A stretch of 36,859 nucleotides of DNA. It comes from Cyanophora paradoxa CCMP329 (taxonomy: Eukaryota; Plantae; Glaucophyta). The notes beneath the pieces are model-generated. The model had not been told where the DNA came from. It saw only the letters and a program-made list of their open reading frames with translations, and did no database searches. This document shows positions 22,119-34,499 of this stretch, piece by piece. The stretch lies in NCBI GenBank assembly GCA_004431415.1, contig QPMI01000438.1, positions 1 through 36,859 on the forward strand, written 5' to 3'. The number at the start of each line of letters is the position of its first letter. Position 1 is the stretch's first letter. The position numbers and the translations under genes are program-made.

Positions 22119-25046
22119 TTAAACGCGCACAATTAACTTTTGCCAGCATCTGCGCGTGCGTGCCGAGCTCACCGACGCGCCTGGTCTGTCAAAAAACCCA
22201 CACCTCTTCACAAAGTAGTATAATCTCAACTCAGGTTCACTGCATTCCTCGATGCCAAGCATCCGAATCGATTTTTGCAGAAGCTGCTCCTGCCAACCAC
22301 CTGCCTTAGGTATTTTCACGGACACAGGTCCTGCGCAGCGATTCAACTCGGGCTGGTGCGGGATGCCGGGTTATATTAACAGAACTCATATCTAACCTTC
22401 GACTTTGGTTATGCCCTGCGGGGAAGGCCGAGAGTCCCCGAGAACCTGCACTTCAAGCACCTGCATACTCTCGAACGACGTCTGGTGCCCGCTGGCAGAA
22501 CGCGGGATGAAGGCCCGCTTAAAAACGTCGATATTAATATCAATAGGAACGAGGAAGCGATGGTACACAGGCGGTCCCGCGCGTGTCCCGACGGTTGAGA
22601 TGAAAGGAAGTCCAGAATACTTGGCTAACTGGAAGGTACTGCAAAGAGGAACCCTTCGAATTCGGGAGATGTAAGCGCTTGCTCGAAATGTATGAGCGTA
22701 GAGCATGGAAAGCGAACCAGAGCTCTCTACCATCATATTTCGCTCGACATCGAAGCAAGGATCGTGGTGGCTTGCTCGAATGAGCTGGAGAGCATGTTGG
22801 AACTGCTCTTGAACACAGCTGCATCGATGTTCCAATGTGTGGCGGCTTGTGTCTACATTGTCACGCAACCCGCGCAGGAGATCGATCGTCTGAATGAGCG
22901 CCAATCGGTATTGCTGGGACGTTATAATCTCTGCGATCCTTTTTTCATATTCAAGGGAGTTCGATGTTGTAAGTGGCTCCGAACCATGGAACGACTTCGA
23001 CAGCTCCAAAGCAGTTAAATTGGTCGATGCCCCGAACGTCGTCTCCCAGGGATCTGTACCGTCAGCCATTGCGTGGACCTGATGGTGAACACATATCGAA
23101 CAATTGCAAGTTCTCGACACGTCAACAGCTCACGTACCAACAAGAAAGATGGGATAAGAGCTTTTCCAATGAGGATGCCGTGGACAAGAACACGCCCCCA
23201 GCGGCCACTGCCGCGTCAACGAAATCTTGAAAGGCAAAAAAAGTCCTAGCGTTTCGGAAGCACGCTGACGCGAGAAAAGACAGTTACAATGTATGCAGTC
23301 AAGAAGTAGTACATGCGAAAAACAATGCGAACTCGTGAGTGCCTCGTCGAACACAAGTGCAATTCCATAGCAAGAGCACAGATCGGATAACCGGATGAGG
23401 AAGTCGAGGGAGAGGAATTGAAGCCCCTCGACTGGATCGACACGCACGGCCTCGCAGACGATGATCCGGATTGGAAGGTCAGCAAAAGGAATGGAACGAC
23501 TCATTAACGTGTCATCCACACCCTTCACCGCCTGCCGCCTGTGTTCGATGCGCTACAGGTCGGAGTCAGTGTTGACGTTGCTCCGAAGCACGGACGAATA
23601 TAGATTAAAAGAGTGTCACCTGACGGATGTTGTCGATCACCTCCTCGATGTGAACCAGACGATCCCCTCTAATCTGATCAGTTGGCGGATGCTTTTCGTA
23701 GACAGCAGGCAAGGTCATATGCGCTTCTCTGAAAGTCCCAATCACGATTTTGCATTGCCAATCAAAACAGACAAAAGCAGACCTGCCCGGATATGCATTG
23801 GCTAGAGCAGTGGCGCTTGCTGGTTCGTTCTTGAGATTGACACCGAACACTCCGCGAGATGCGCCCCATGAGCCTTCGAGCCAGTTGATGAATCCTCCAA
23901 CTTCTCCTGAACTACGTGCGATCTGGAAAGTGCATCATCAAGAAAAAAGCCATAATAAGCAGCAGACCAGAAGGGCACACATGGTTCGCCACCTCAAACA
24001 CCACGGGCTCAAGGTCTGACACGCTCCCAGCGTTCGACAGCGTAGTCACAGTTAGACCGGACATTACATTTATGTTTTCTTCGATCTGTTCCCGCAATTT
24101 GGAAATGTCACCTGGCAGTAAGTAGTGAGCGATAGCAAATGAGAGACATAACACGGATCTTACAAGACGATTCCCTTGATGAAAAGACACCCACGGTTTC
24201 ATCCGGATCCTCAGATGCGTTCGGGCTACGATCACCGAAGCAGATGTCGCGCGAGAGAAAATCTGCAGCCGAATCGAAGCCGATTGGATCCATGAGGCGC
24301 TCCCAGAAACTGGACGAGAGTGAGACAAAAAGCTCTCGCAATGTGCATACACATGACTTGCCTGATTGAGTGGCCGAGCTGCTGCACGGTTCGCGAAACG
24401 ATGTGCGTTGCGCTGCCCCATCCTCCGGCAAAGTCGTAATCAAGACGCTGACGGTATGTCATCCAGGTAGATGAAAATCTCTCGCCCCACTCGGCCAATG
24501 CGCTCCGCAAGTGTGATGCTATTGCCCCCCACGTTTGTAGTGAAGTCTTATTGTGTGTATCCGACCATGTACACCCGTCGACGTCAAAGATTATTGTCTC
24601 GAAGGCATCGAACTCAGGACTGGGCAGCGCGCAGCAGGTCCTGATGATCAATTACGTCTGGACAGCTCGCTAGCGGCTGGGAGTCGACGAAAAACATGCA
24701 CCTGAACGCGCGTATAACATCTTCAAAGCTGGCCTGCGGAGGCAGGGCACGGCGGACAGCAAGGATGACGAGGAATGCCACCGTTGCGGGAGGCGAATCG
24801 GGCAGGTGCAGATCCAGACTCTCCACGGCCACCCTTCCAGAGGACCAGAATGACTTACGTAAGAAAGATGAGCATGCGCGCACTCACTGAAGCACAGCTG
24901 ACAGCGAAGCGAGGGCAACGAGAGCCTTTGTATGGTCCGAAGTTTGTCGGAGTGCGCGTGCAGAAGCACCTGTTGAGGACGGTTGCTCGAAAGCACGACG
25001 GAGTTCCTCTGCGACGAGAATGAGGATGAGGGCCAAGACCCGCCAT
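22119..25046 (-). CDS. Divergent class-III PLP-dependent aminotransferase-like protein with N- and C-terminal extensions (multi-exon, at least one frameshift)
   Basis: Motifs in canonical order: TLSNAGS (about 24030; nSGseA), WLEGSWGASRG (about 23860; gsyHG), IIVCEAV...FLIRLSDLCSCYGIALVFDEALT (DE at about 23340-23350), HGILIGKAL (23156-23182; PLP lysine), ETTFGAS (about 23035; gTFgGnP). Confidence 0.7.
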
Positions 25047-25236
25047 AGCTAGCGCGGCCTACGAGCTAGCATGACGCGCTATGACATCGATACCAGTAGC
25101 ATACCCTTCCAGTCTGACATTCTGACCGCTGACTGCGTTCTGACCGCTGACTGCGGGCGCGCTGCACGTACTTCGAGTACCCCCCACCCGCCACTCAGCG
25201 GCCACTGAAACTGGAAAGGCGCTAGAACCAGATCCC

Positions 25237-28012
25237 ATGAAGCGCCCGCTTTCGCCGGGCGGTGAACATTCTGGCGGTGAACATCAGAGCAAGATTGAAC
25301 GGCCCGGTGAACACCTGCGCTTTTGTGGTCAGCGCGTTTTCATCTTACTAGCACCCTCTGGCAGGGGCCGGAATGTCCAGCACAATGCCCGTTAGCGGAG
25401 CCGACAGCCACCCGCTGGCAGGGGTCGGAATGTCAAGCTCAATGCCCGTGAGCGGCGCCGCCAGCGAGGGAAACGAGAGTCGTACCGGTTCGCGGACGGA
25501 ATCCATGCATGCATTGCTGTCTCGCAAGTAAAGCTGACTGCGCGTGCACGAAGACTCGTCTGCGCATGTGGAGCTCGAGGCCGGAGGCGGCGGCGAGGCT
25601 GCCTATCTTCCCGACGCTCTTATCGTGGAAGCTCTCAAGAACGCTGACTTCGTCGATTTGTGGACGGGTTACGGATTCATAAGGTTTCGCCAGCGTTCGG
25701 CAAGCTGCTCCGAAATCTTGCTATTGGCGAGCTCAATCTATCGTTCGCACTTGAATCTCGCGGGGTCGTGATTGCGATCTGCATACCCTCTATGGCGGCG
25801 AGGAAGTCCGCTGGCTGGCACAACGCGTCACGGAAACGATGCGCGAGCAAGCAATAGCGTCATGGAGTCGGCTTTTGAGGTTTTGCATTCGATGTGCCGC
25901 GGCGTGGGGTTTTCGCACAAGTGTGTTTCGCTTGGAGGGCAGTTTCTACAAGCAAGTCGATCAGGTCTTCGTTACGCTGGTGAAATCTTGCGTTTTCGTT
26001 TTCGTGATTGTGACATTTTTCAATTACGCACATTTTTTGCGACACGGCAGGTTCCCCGCCTGCTCTCCCAACTCGACGGGCTTCGCACGCTCAGGATTGC
26101 TCACCAGGCACCAGACAGCGAATTTATCCGTGCATCTCGCACTGCTCGTCGTTATGCATACATTTTGAAGGTCCTACAAGAATGCCCCAAGACTGTCGAG
26201 CACTTGAGTTTGCTTCTGTCAGTCTCCGACGGTCGCAACGATAAGTCCCTATCCGCATCTTGGCTAGGTACCCTCAGCAAGCGCATATTCGCATTAATAT
26301 TCCAGTGGTTTTCATTGACTGTACATAGATCCGGTACTTTCTTCCGCTTGCGAAGGTCCAGGTTCGTCGGGTTAGATGCATCCACGTCTTATTTATCGTG
26401 TAGCCACGTGCAAATGTGCTCACACATTCGATGCAGAACGAGAAGTATTCAATGGGATTGTCGCGGCCCTTTCTGCCCTTCCAGCCTCATGCATGTGGAC
26501 TTCGGCGAAGGCATGCTCGTAAACAGGCGCATGCTTGAAGAGCTCGCGCCAGCACTTCCAAAGTTGGAATCTCTGGGACTAGACGTCGACGGTCCGATCC
26601 CGACTCTCTTTCTCTCTCTGTCTCTGTCTCTCTCTCTCTCTTCTCACGAGCAGTCGAACATCTTCCGCAGCTGGTCCGCGCTCGAATCAAGATGTCATCA
26701 CGGAATGTGCAGTCGCAATTGCTGAGCGCTTTCCAAAGCTGAAGCATCTTCGATTGTTTGTCAACGCTTCACCTGGTCATCATGCTCAGCTGCCGGCTGC
26801 GTTTGCACGTATTGGAAAAATGAAAGAGCTGAGAAGCGTGCATATAGGTTTGCTCTGTCATCGAAGTATGCACGTATACGTATGCTTCGTCCTCTGAAGA
26901 CTTCATATGCAGATCACACCGCATTTCGTGCCCTGGCGCTGTGCACTAGGTTGCCAGATTTCGATCTCAAGAAGCTTCGCAAGTTTTCGGTTGACCTCAC
27001 CGGGCTACCGCGCCCTTGTCGGATTGCCTGCCCATGGGAGCCATCACTAAGACGGAGGTGTCTTATATTGTTTATTTATCAATTCCGATTGCAAAGTTTA
27101 CATCTCGCTCACATCCGAGTAGGTTCTCCCGGAGCTTGATCGAATTGAGTTATTCAATGCTCCAAATCATTATTCGCTGGTGGACCTTGTGATGACCTGT
27201 CTGGCAGGCAATGAGCTCGGCGAGTCGTCGTCCAGTCAATCGCAAAGCACGAAGCAGAAGCAAAAGCAAAAGCAGAAGCAGCCTGAGTCTTATCCGAGGC
27301 AACTGTCTGTCGCTATATCTATTGACGACTGCGGTGACACTGGCCCGTGCTTCAGTAGCGAGATTGTGGGATCGAGCTCGAGGACGGCCTTCGCTTGCAC
27401 TGACCTTCCCGACGTCAATCAAAGTAGAATCGGCTTCAATCAAGCATCCATGTCGCCAATTCTTGCAAACTTGCGCTCACTTGATCTCTCCGTCACTGGC
27501 TGCGGCGGATACTTGGCGAGTGTGCTCACGCAACTTTCATCCGTCGTTGCGTGGAGCGCGATTCTGCAAGCCGTCAAACTTGAGATCGTCCATCAAATTC
27601 CATTCCATGTTCACAGCAAGGATTCTGTGCTGGCTGAAACATCTCTTGCGCTTCACATGGTGGACCTGCTCATGACAAAGCCCAACGTCTTCACGGCAAT
27701 CAAGCGGGTGGGCCTCGTGCCTGTCGCGTGCGAGAATCAGTCGCTTGCGCGATGCGCGAATCTGGAACGAGTGGATCTCGTGTACAGGGCCGCCCGGAAC
27801 GAGTTGATCGATTTGTGTGTCCTCGCTTCAGCTCTGCAACCTCTCCGTCCATCGCTACCCAACTGAATAGATGGCCTTCGTGCAACATTCGTTTTGTGAA
27901 GGACGCGATTTCGGACCCCATGGCCAAACTCGTAAAAGCTTTGCTTCCAGGTTGGCATATTGCCTTTAGTCATGTTGCAGACGCTCTTGCCACTCGTGCT
28001 CGCTTCTGGTGA
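25237..28012 (+). CDS. F-box-like / LRR protein, multi-exon, with apparent frameshifts
   Basis: ATG at 25237 (MKRPLSP). LPDALIVEALKNADFVDLW is F-box-like. LRR-like LDGLRTLRI, CPKTVEHLSL, LPKLESLGL, LANLRSLDLSVTGC, CANLERVDL. C-terminus paralogous to 7557-10486. Confidence 0.6.
25352..25465 (+). repeat. 57-bp in-frame exonic tandem duplication
   Basis: caccc(t/g)ctggcagggg(c/t)cggaatgtc...cagc at 25352 and 25409. Confidence 0.85.
26603..26645 (+). repeat. (CT)n microsatellite, probably intronic
   Basis: ctctctttctctctctgtctctgtctctctctctctc. Confidence 0.8.
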
Positions 28013-28249
28013 TGGTGAATTTCCAGAAATATTGTCGTTCTCTCTCTGTCTTACTACAAACTTGCAATTGCTACTTGCAATTGGCCGGGATTCTTGGACA
28101 GAACTTTAAATTTAGACGGGCTATAGCGCGCTGCTTTTTAGAATTTCACCTGTACACGGTGTTTTGCATTAGATAGCCTCTGTACCCTCGCTCCAATTAT
28201 ACTGTACCCTCTGTCCGGGTTACCGACCAGAACGGAAATCAAAGTTTTC

Positions 28250-29257
28250 ATGGAGCACGCTGTAGCTTGCAAGATAGGGCAGCATCAGGACGAATGCGGT
28301 CCTACAATCACAAAGCGTGCGATGGATGACGGCCGCGGCAACATCAACGGACTTGTTCCGGCTTCGGTCGGTGATGACCACCAGAAGCGTGCTCGTACCG
28401 AAGGCAATGCGCCGGATTTTGAGGTTTCAAAGACTGGTGCGCGGCCGCTTTTAAATTGTTGATTGTGTTTGGATCTCTGAATTCCAATCTGGCTCTGCAG
28501 ACACTGAGAGTGACGTGCTGGATGTCGCTTGCGCCCAGCCCCAGGTAAAGCTGCGAGTGTGCGGTGTTGGACTTCTGCTGGATCTTGGTCGAAGATTCTG
28601 ATCGGACAAAGCAGCAGGAGCAGCGTGAAATAGTGGTAACCGATGTTCAGTCCGTGCCGGTTCCTGACGGCGATGCGATTCTTAATGAAACTGAGAATTC
28701 CAAGAATGATCTTATGGACAATATCGACGCACGTCGCGCCCAGCTCCAGGTATGGTTTTCATCATTCCCCCCGAGTTCACTTGCATATGAATATAATGTG
28801 ATGCATCTCCAGGTGGATAATGCATTCGATCTCGAAACGTCAAAGGAGCAGGAGCAGGATGCAATCGTGGCGACCGGCGTTCAGCCCGTGCCGGTTCCTG
28901 ACGGCGATGCGATTCTTAATGAAACTGAGAATTCCAAGAACGATCTTATGGACAATATCGATGCACGTCGCGCCCAGCTCCAGGTATGGTTTCTCTTTCC
29001 CCCCCTGAATTCACCTGTTTACGAATTGAATTCGACGCACCTTCCAGGTGGATAATGGAGTCGATTCCGTGCGGGCTGCTGCCGGCGATGCGAAGCTAAA
29101 TGTGCTTGAGAATGCCAAGAACGCTGTCATGGAATTCGAAGATGCACATCGCGCCTCTTGCCAGTCCAGGTTTGGCTTTAATAAAACGACAGACTCAGAT
29201 TGACGCTTTTTGCAGGTTGATGATGGATTCGATTCGAATTCAGTGACGTCAGAGTAA
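28250..29257 (+). CDS. Small acidic protein built from tandemly duplicated exon-plus-intron units
   Basis: ATG at 28250. Repeated exon VPVPDGDAILNETENSKNDLMDNIDARRAQLQ (period 234 bp) with homologous introns 28750-28812 and 28984-29047. A third diverged copy with intron 29170-29215. Last exon VDDGFDSNSVTSE, TAA at 29255-29257. Confidence 0.6.
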
Positions 29258-29421
29258 CAGCAGCAGCAGTGAGCTGGAGCAGTATATGCAGAGCAGCTCA
29301 GGCAAGCAAGCTCTAGTCACTTAGCAGAGCATCTCAAGCAGAGCAGCTTAGGCAAGCAAGCTCAGGCAGGCAGAGCACATTCCGCTTATGCACTTCGGTC
29401 GAGAAAGACATGTTTTCGGAC

Positions 29422-29490
29422 ATTTAATCTGTTATCGTGAAAAACCTTGCATAATTGCATATTTAATCTGTTATCGTGAGAAACCTGCAA
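29422..29490 (+). repeat. 39-bp period direct duplication in intergenic DNA
   Basis: atttaatctgttatcgtga at 29422 and 29461. Confidence 0.8.
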
Positions 29491-29697
29491 GGATACACTT
29501 AATAAGAATTTGCAAGGGCGCCTGCCACCCTGAATCCTTGATTGAGAGCCCCTGATATGTGCACATGCACTGAGAAAATATCTAATTGATTCCACCGCAC
29601 TCCGCGCACCCCCCCCCCCCCCCCTCTTCGCAGCTTCTCATCCCCCATTTGTATGCTCTACCCAACTGGTTCGGTAGCGCGGGAAACGTTAACTGCC

Positions 29698-31440
29698 ATG
29701 TTCAAGGGGAAGCGTAAAAGGCAGTATGAGCATGCCCAGTCACATGCTCCAGCGCTAGCTGCAGCTGAAGAGCTTCTGGATGGCATTGTCACCAAGATTC
29801 TCTCCAATCTGACACCTTGGGAATTCTTCACGAGCGAAGTATGGTTAGTGAATAGGCAGTTCAGGCGATGCAGCCGCAGGGCACAGCAATTGTGGAGAGC
29901 TTTCCGTGTGGAGAACTTCCCTCCATTTCGTCTCTTCGATGCACAATGTGAACACGCAATCGAGGAACATGTAAGAATATTGCAGCGTGCCGCCCGCGGA
30001 TTCGAAAAGGCGCCTTGGCGGGCTGCCGGCATCTCCACATCGGCTTTGGGCCGTTTCTGTCAACACAAAACGCACTGTACTCGTTGCTGTCCAATCTGTC
30101 ATGGGTAAGCACAGCATTACGTTCTTGTGGAATGCTGAAAATGGAATCATGCAGGAGTTTTATTGGCTGCTTCACAATCGATGGTGGAGCTGGAGCATGT
30201 AACCATCTCTGAGGATGGCTGGGATTCACACCCTTTGTGTGCAATCGCGAGTCATTTGAGCACAATTCCTTCACTTTCATCCGTTGTCATGCGATTGGGA
30301 ATGCGGAAACAGCTACTGCGTTGCATCGAGAGTTCAACGTTGTTTCCTCAACTGAGAAGCCTTTCTATATCTGGCGCTGCCTGCGCGACACCGACATCGT
30401 GAGCTAATGTTTTCCGTACATTTGAAAGCTTCCTTTCGATCTCACGACACATTCTGGCAGCGGATGATAATGAAAGCTTGGCCAGCGCTCCAGGAGTTCT
30501 CGTGCGCAACTGTGGTGGATCCAATGGCGCTGCACACAATTTCTTCTTGGGCGTTCGAGCGCAGGCTCTCGATTTCTGCAACTCTTCAGTAGCCACAATC
30601 GACCTGTTCAGCACAATATTCCATTTACGGAGCTTCTCAAAGCTGGAGCTGAAGGTACGGACGCTCGGTCTGAATGCAATCTAATAATTGATTTGTTTTA
30701 TTTTCGCAGGTTGATTGCGAGTCGGGGAAATGTCTTTCGTCTCTAGGAACGCTGCGTGGACTTCGCGAGCTGAATCTTGACATATGTGTACGTTTTTAAA
30801 CTTGGATCGCCCTCTCTCCTTATACTGATCGCAGTTCGGAGACTGTCAAGATTCTTGTGGAGGTGGAAGTGAACTGCTGCAGGCCACTGCAAATGGGCTG
30901 GCCGAAGTTCTTCTGCATGGCAACGAGAATTTGGACTGGGTCGAGTTGAAAATCTCATCTTGCGGTCGACGGCATTCCTTGGACGGAGACAGTCTGGTGG
31001 AGCTGGTACGATCGGCGAGGCCAGCCCTCCGTCGGATCACCATACAGCACTCTGGAGGGATCATCGAAAGACATGTTCTGCGAGTGCGATTTGTGGTGCA
31101 GAAGTGAGTCGATATCCATCTTTTCATTGACATTAGCACTGCAGGAAATTGCGGGATGCTACCAAAACCTTCGGGGTGTGAACATTGGCATGGAGTTTGG
31201 ACTGGCCATCGGGTCCGGAGAAAGCTTGCAGCAGCTGGATGCTGTTTGCAAGGATCTACTTAGCTTTTCCCGCGCTAATATGCCTCCCTTGGTGCTTACT
31301 GTAAGCACGCGCGGCAATTACAAACTTTTCCACCCGGCCGTAACATTTTGCCGGAGCTGGTTTACAAATTCTACGATTCGATTTCTGTTTTTGTCGATCA
31401 AAAAGCAGTTGTTCGCAGAGCAGTTATATCGAGTAAGAGC
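29698..31440 (+). CDS. F-box-like / LRR protein, multi-exon
   Basis: MFKGKRKR...LLDGIVTKILSNLTPWEFFTSEVWLVNRQFRR (F-box-like). LRR-like FPQLRSLSISG, WPALQEFSC, LRSFSKLELK, YQNLRGVNI. The 3' end is approximate. Confidence 0.55.
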
Positions 31441-31529
31441 ACATGTAGCATATCAAGTATGCCACTTTTATAAGTGTATACATATGCAGCTTTGTACCTA
31501 TGATCCTACCATTTACATCGTAGCTTTAA

Positions 31530-32992
31530 ATTTCATGACATGAATTTGATTGGTACATCAGACGAAACTCGAGAGACTTCAGTCGCTGCCCGCCTGCCCA
31601 TACCCATCCTTCGCCGCCGATTACCCTCGCTTGACTGTCTTATAATTAGTGTCATTCAATTGCAAGTTACATTGCTTCTGGCTCTACACAAAAGGTTTTA
31701 TTCCGCCACTTCAAACTCTGCCGTTTGAAGTGCCCTTTACAGCTTTCGGAAAGTAAAACAACGTCTGCTTCGGACCACGTCCAAGGTAAATCCAATTGCA
31801 GCACAGCCTCGGAACGGACGCGAAGAAGTTTCGAGCGCAGCTCGTAAATTTCACCTGCATGGGCCTTTTAGTTTCCGCGAAGAAAGACTTCGAACGAATA
31901 GATCGCACCAATCAAATTGGATGGTAGTGTCTGTATCATGATCAGGGACGGCGTCTCAAAATGATATGCATCAGTGAGAGTCACGCTCGTAAGCTTTGGC
32001 ATGCGGTCCGATGAGATAAGCTCAAGAATGGCGGGGTGAAGCGCCAGTGCTCCTGCTGATAGCTCGATGAAGCAACTCGCAAGTTTGCCAAAAATCAGGT
32101 CCACCGGCCAACCCGTCGGCGGAACCACTTCACGGAGGCTGAGGTGGTCGCACACCATACGCGCAACCCAGGAAAAGACTTTGACAGTCTTTTCATCCCG
32201 GAGATTCCAATCTTGAAGCCAAAGCACAGAGATTGATTCAAGGTGCGGTAACGCCGCAAGCGCACGTTCAAGATGGTCAGGCTCCGGGTCCACTATAGTG
32301 GTGTCCAGATGGCGCAATCTTGTCAAGGGAAAGAGAGTTGACATTGAAAAGACTGTGCAGAAGTGTCGAGGGAGGTTCAATGCGATCCCATGCCATGTGT
32401 ACACGTCCAGGCGCGGAAGAATCTTCGAATCCCATTTTCATGTAGGACGTCGGCATATCGACGTCAACGTGGATAGCATTGCACCAACGTCCTTCAGGAA
32501 TCCGGAAGTATTCTTCGCGATGCGAACTGGAACTCCGTCCTGAGGAGTGCGTTGATCGCCCTCTTGGCGGAGGTCCTCGAGCTGGTGCTCTTTCAGTTAG
32601 TACCTGTACAGCAGCATTTCTTCAGCTAGTACAGCAGTTAGTAGAGAGTCTCGTGCATGCCTTAAACTCACACTCGTCTTGTCCATATCCAGGCTGATCA
32701 AACGCCACTGCCTGCAGACTACCTCCAAACGCATGCGCTCGACATGACAATCCAGACAAAACTTGCATCCAGATTTCGTCGGGAAGATCGATCTCTACAC
32801 TTCGGGCGTCATGGGCTCTGATGCGTGGATTTCGAATTCAGGCATCGATATCACCCTGACCAAGGTGAAAATATCGCATCCGCACCTCTCCGCTTGCGGT
32901 GTTGTATTAACGTAAATTTGAGCATTCTTCTTCTTCCTCATCATGGATCGCGTCTCAATCTTTCGCATGTGTCGCTGAAGGGATGCTGTCAT
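31530..32992 (-). CDS. F-box / LRR protein, frameshifted within the F-box (possible pseudogene or sequencing error)
   Basis: 32786-32693 reads LPDEIWMQVLSGLS/(shift)/ERMRLEVVCRQWRLIS, a clear F-box. Downstream LRR-like LTRLRHLDT, LPHLESISV, MPKLTSVTL. Confidence 0.65.
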
Positions 32993-33340
32993 CGCCCTGC
33001 ATGCGCACTCAATAACGTGTTCTTATAAGCCATCATTCACACATTGGAGCCCCATCGCACCGTCGTTTGCGGTCGGCTGTGCGCCCTTCGTTTGTGTTCT
33101 GTGCGCTCATGTTGGTGCGATTTGTTGCGATTTGAAAGATCACAAATCTGTACCCCCATCGAGGATACCCCTCCCACGCAAACAAACCCCATTCCACCGC
33201 GTTCGCAAACAACGCAAACAGGCATTTAATTTCGTTTTCACCAAACAAACTAGCTATAGCACAATTCCCATCGGAGGAAAACTACTTTATTGTGCCGGTT
33301 ACGATTTCGCCGACGCGCGTAAGTGCAGATTCAAGCTCTG

Positions 33341-34380
33341 TTATACGTTCCCGGAGCGCATGCCGTCTCGCCTCTTCGCTGCTACCTCGAGCTCCAGCTC
33401 GTCGATTCGTTGGCTGAGCTTGCCGGCCAATTCATCAGCTGCACGCACTACAACTTCAACGGCGCATGCAAGTCTTGAACATTTCGTTGTAGGGCATTGA
33501 GCGCTTCCTCGTGTTCGGATTGTGTTCTCACCGCTCGGAAAGCAGCAGTCACCCGCATGATCTCTTGCACGGTTTGGCTCAGCTGCTGACGAGCCGCTGA
33601 AAATGTGAACCAAATCAGTTCTATAGTAGCCTGGTTAGCACACACAGCTGCAGGTTGGACGGTCTTACCTTCTTCTTCATTGCTTTCCATGCCGCTTCAC
33701 CGAGAACAGAACGGGTACAGAGAAATTGGAGCCTGGGTACATCCAGATCGCACGATGCACATCAGCGCTGTTCCGAAGCCCTTTACATGCTAGCGCAACT
33801 CTGCGAGTCTCTTCTAAAAAGAAACGGTACGTTCGACCTCTACATGTGAAGCGCGCAGAACTCCCAAAGTCTGACGTGTCTGAAACAGAGCAGGAAACGT
33901 CATTCCACCCGGGCCACGAAAACGCAAGCTCCGAATCCAGGCAACCGAGCCTCCGCCACCTCCGCCTTCTTTTTCGAATTCGACCGGAAGAGATGTCCAA
34001 TGGACTGAACAGATTCCAACGGCGTCAGCGAATTCTTCATTCTAGCTCAACCGCCACTTGAATTTGGCGCCATGGAAAAGCAGCACCCTCAACCATTCCC
34101 AGCGTTCCAAAACTGCGTACTCCAGAAAAGAGCACCGATATCGACCGGACTTTCTACGTCAGCCCTTCGTTAGCGAGTGGCGACACTGTCCACAGCTTTC
34201 AGACAAAATAAGGTCAACCATGCTGTACATTTCCATCGACTTTCGTGAGTCCGAAACACGCAGAAATCGCCTGGATCAAGCTGAAGTGGTTATATCATGC
34301 ATAAGGTTGAGCCCTCCCATGCAGTTGAGCTCGAGGTTCAGGTTGCTGTACTGACAAGAAGCATTTCCTAGCTCATGGCG
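33341..34380 (-). CDS. Hypothetical multi-exon protein with a C-terminal coiled coil
   Basis: Segments ARQQLSQTVQEIMRVTAAFRAVRTQSEHEEALNALQRNVQDL and KLSQRIDELELEVAAKRR; upstream open segments separated by short GT..AG tracts. Confidence 0.35.
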
Positions 34381-34499
34381 CAACGATCCGCGAGTTGTGG
34401 CGAACAAAGGCACTATGTCACGCTTCGATTCTATCAGCGGTCCTTGTGTACACGATCTATCAGCGGTCCTTTGATCGCGTTATGAATAAATTTCATTTT

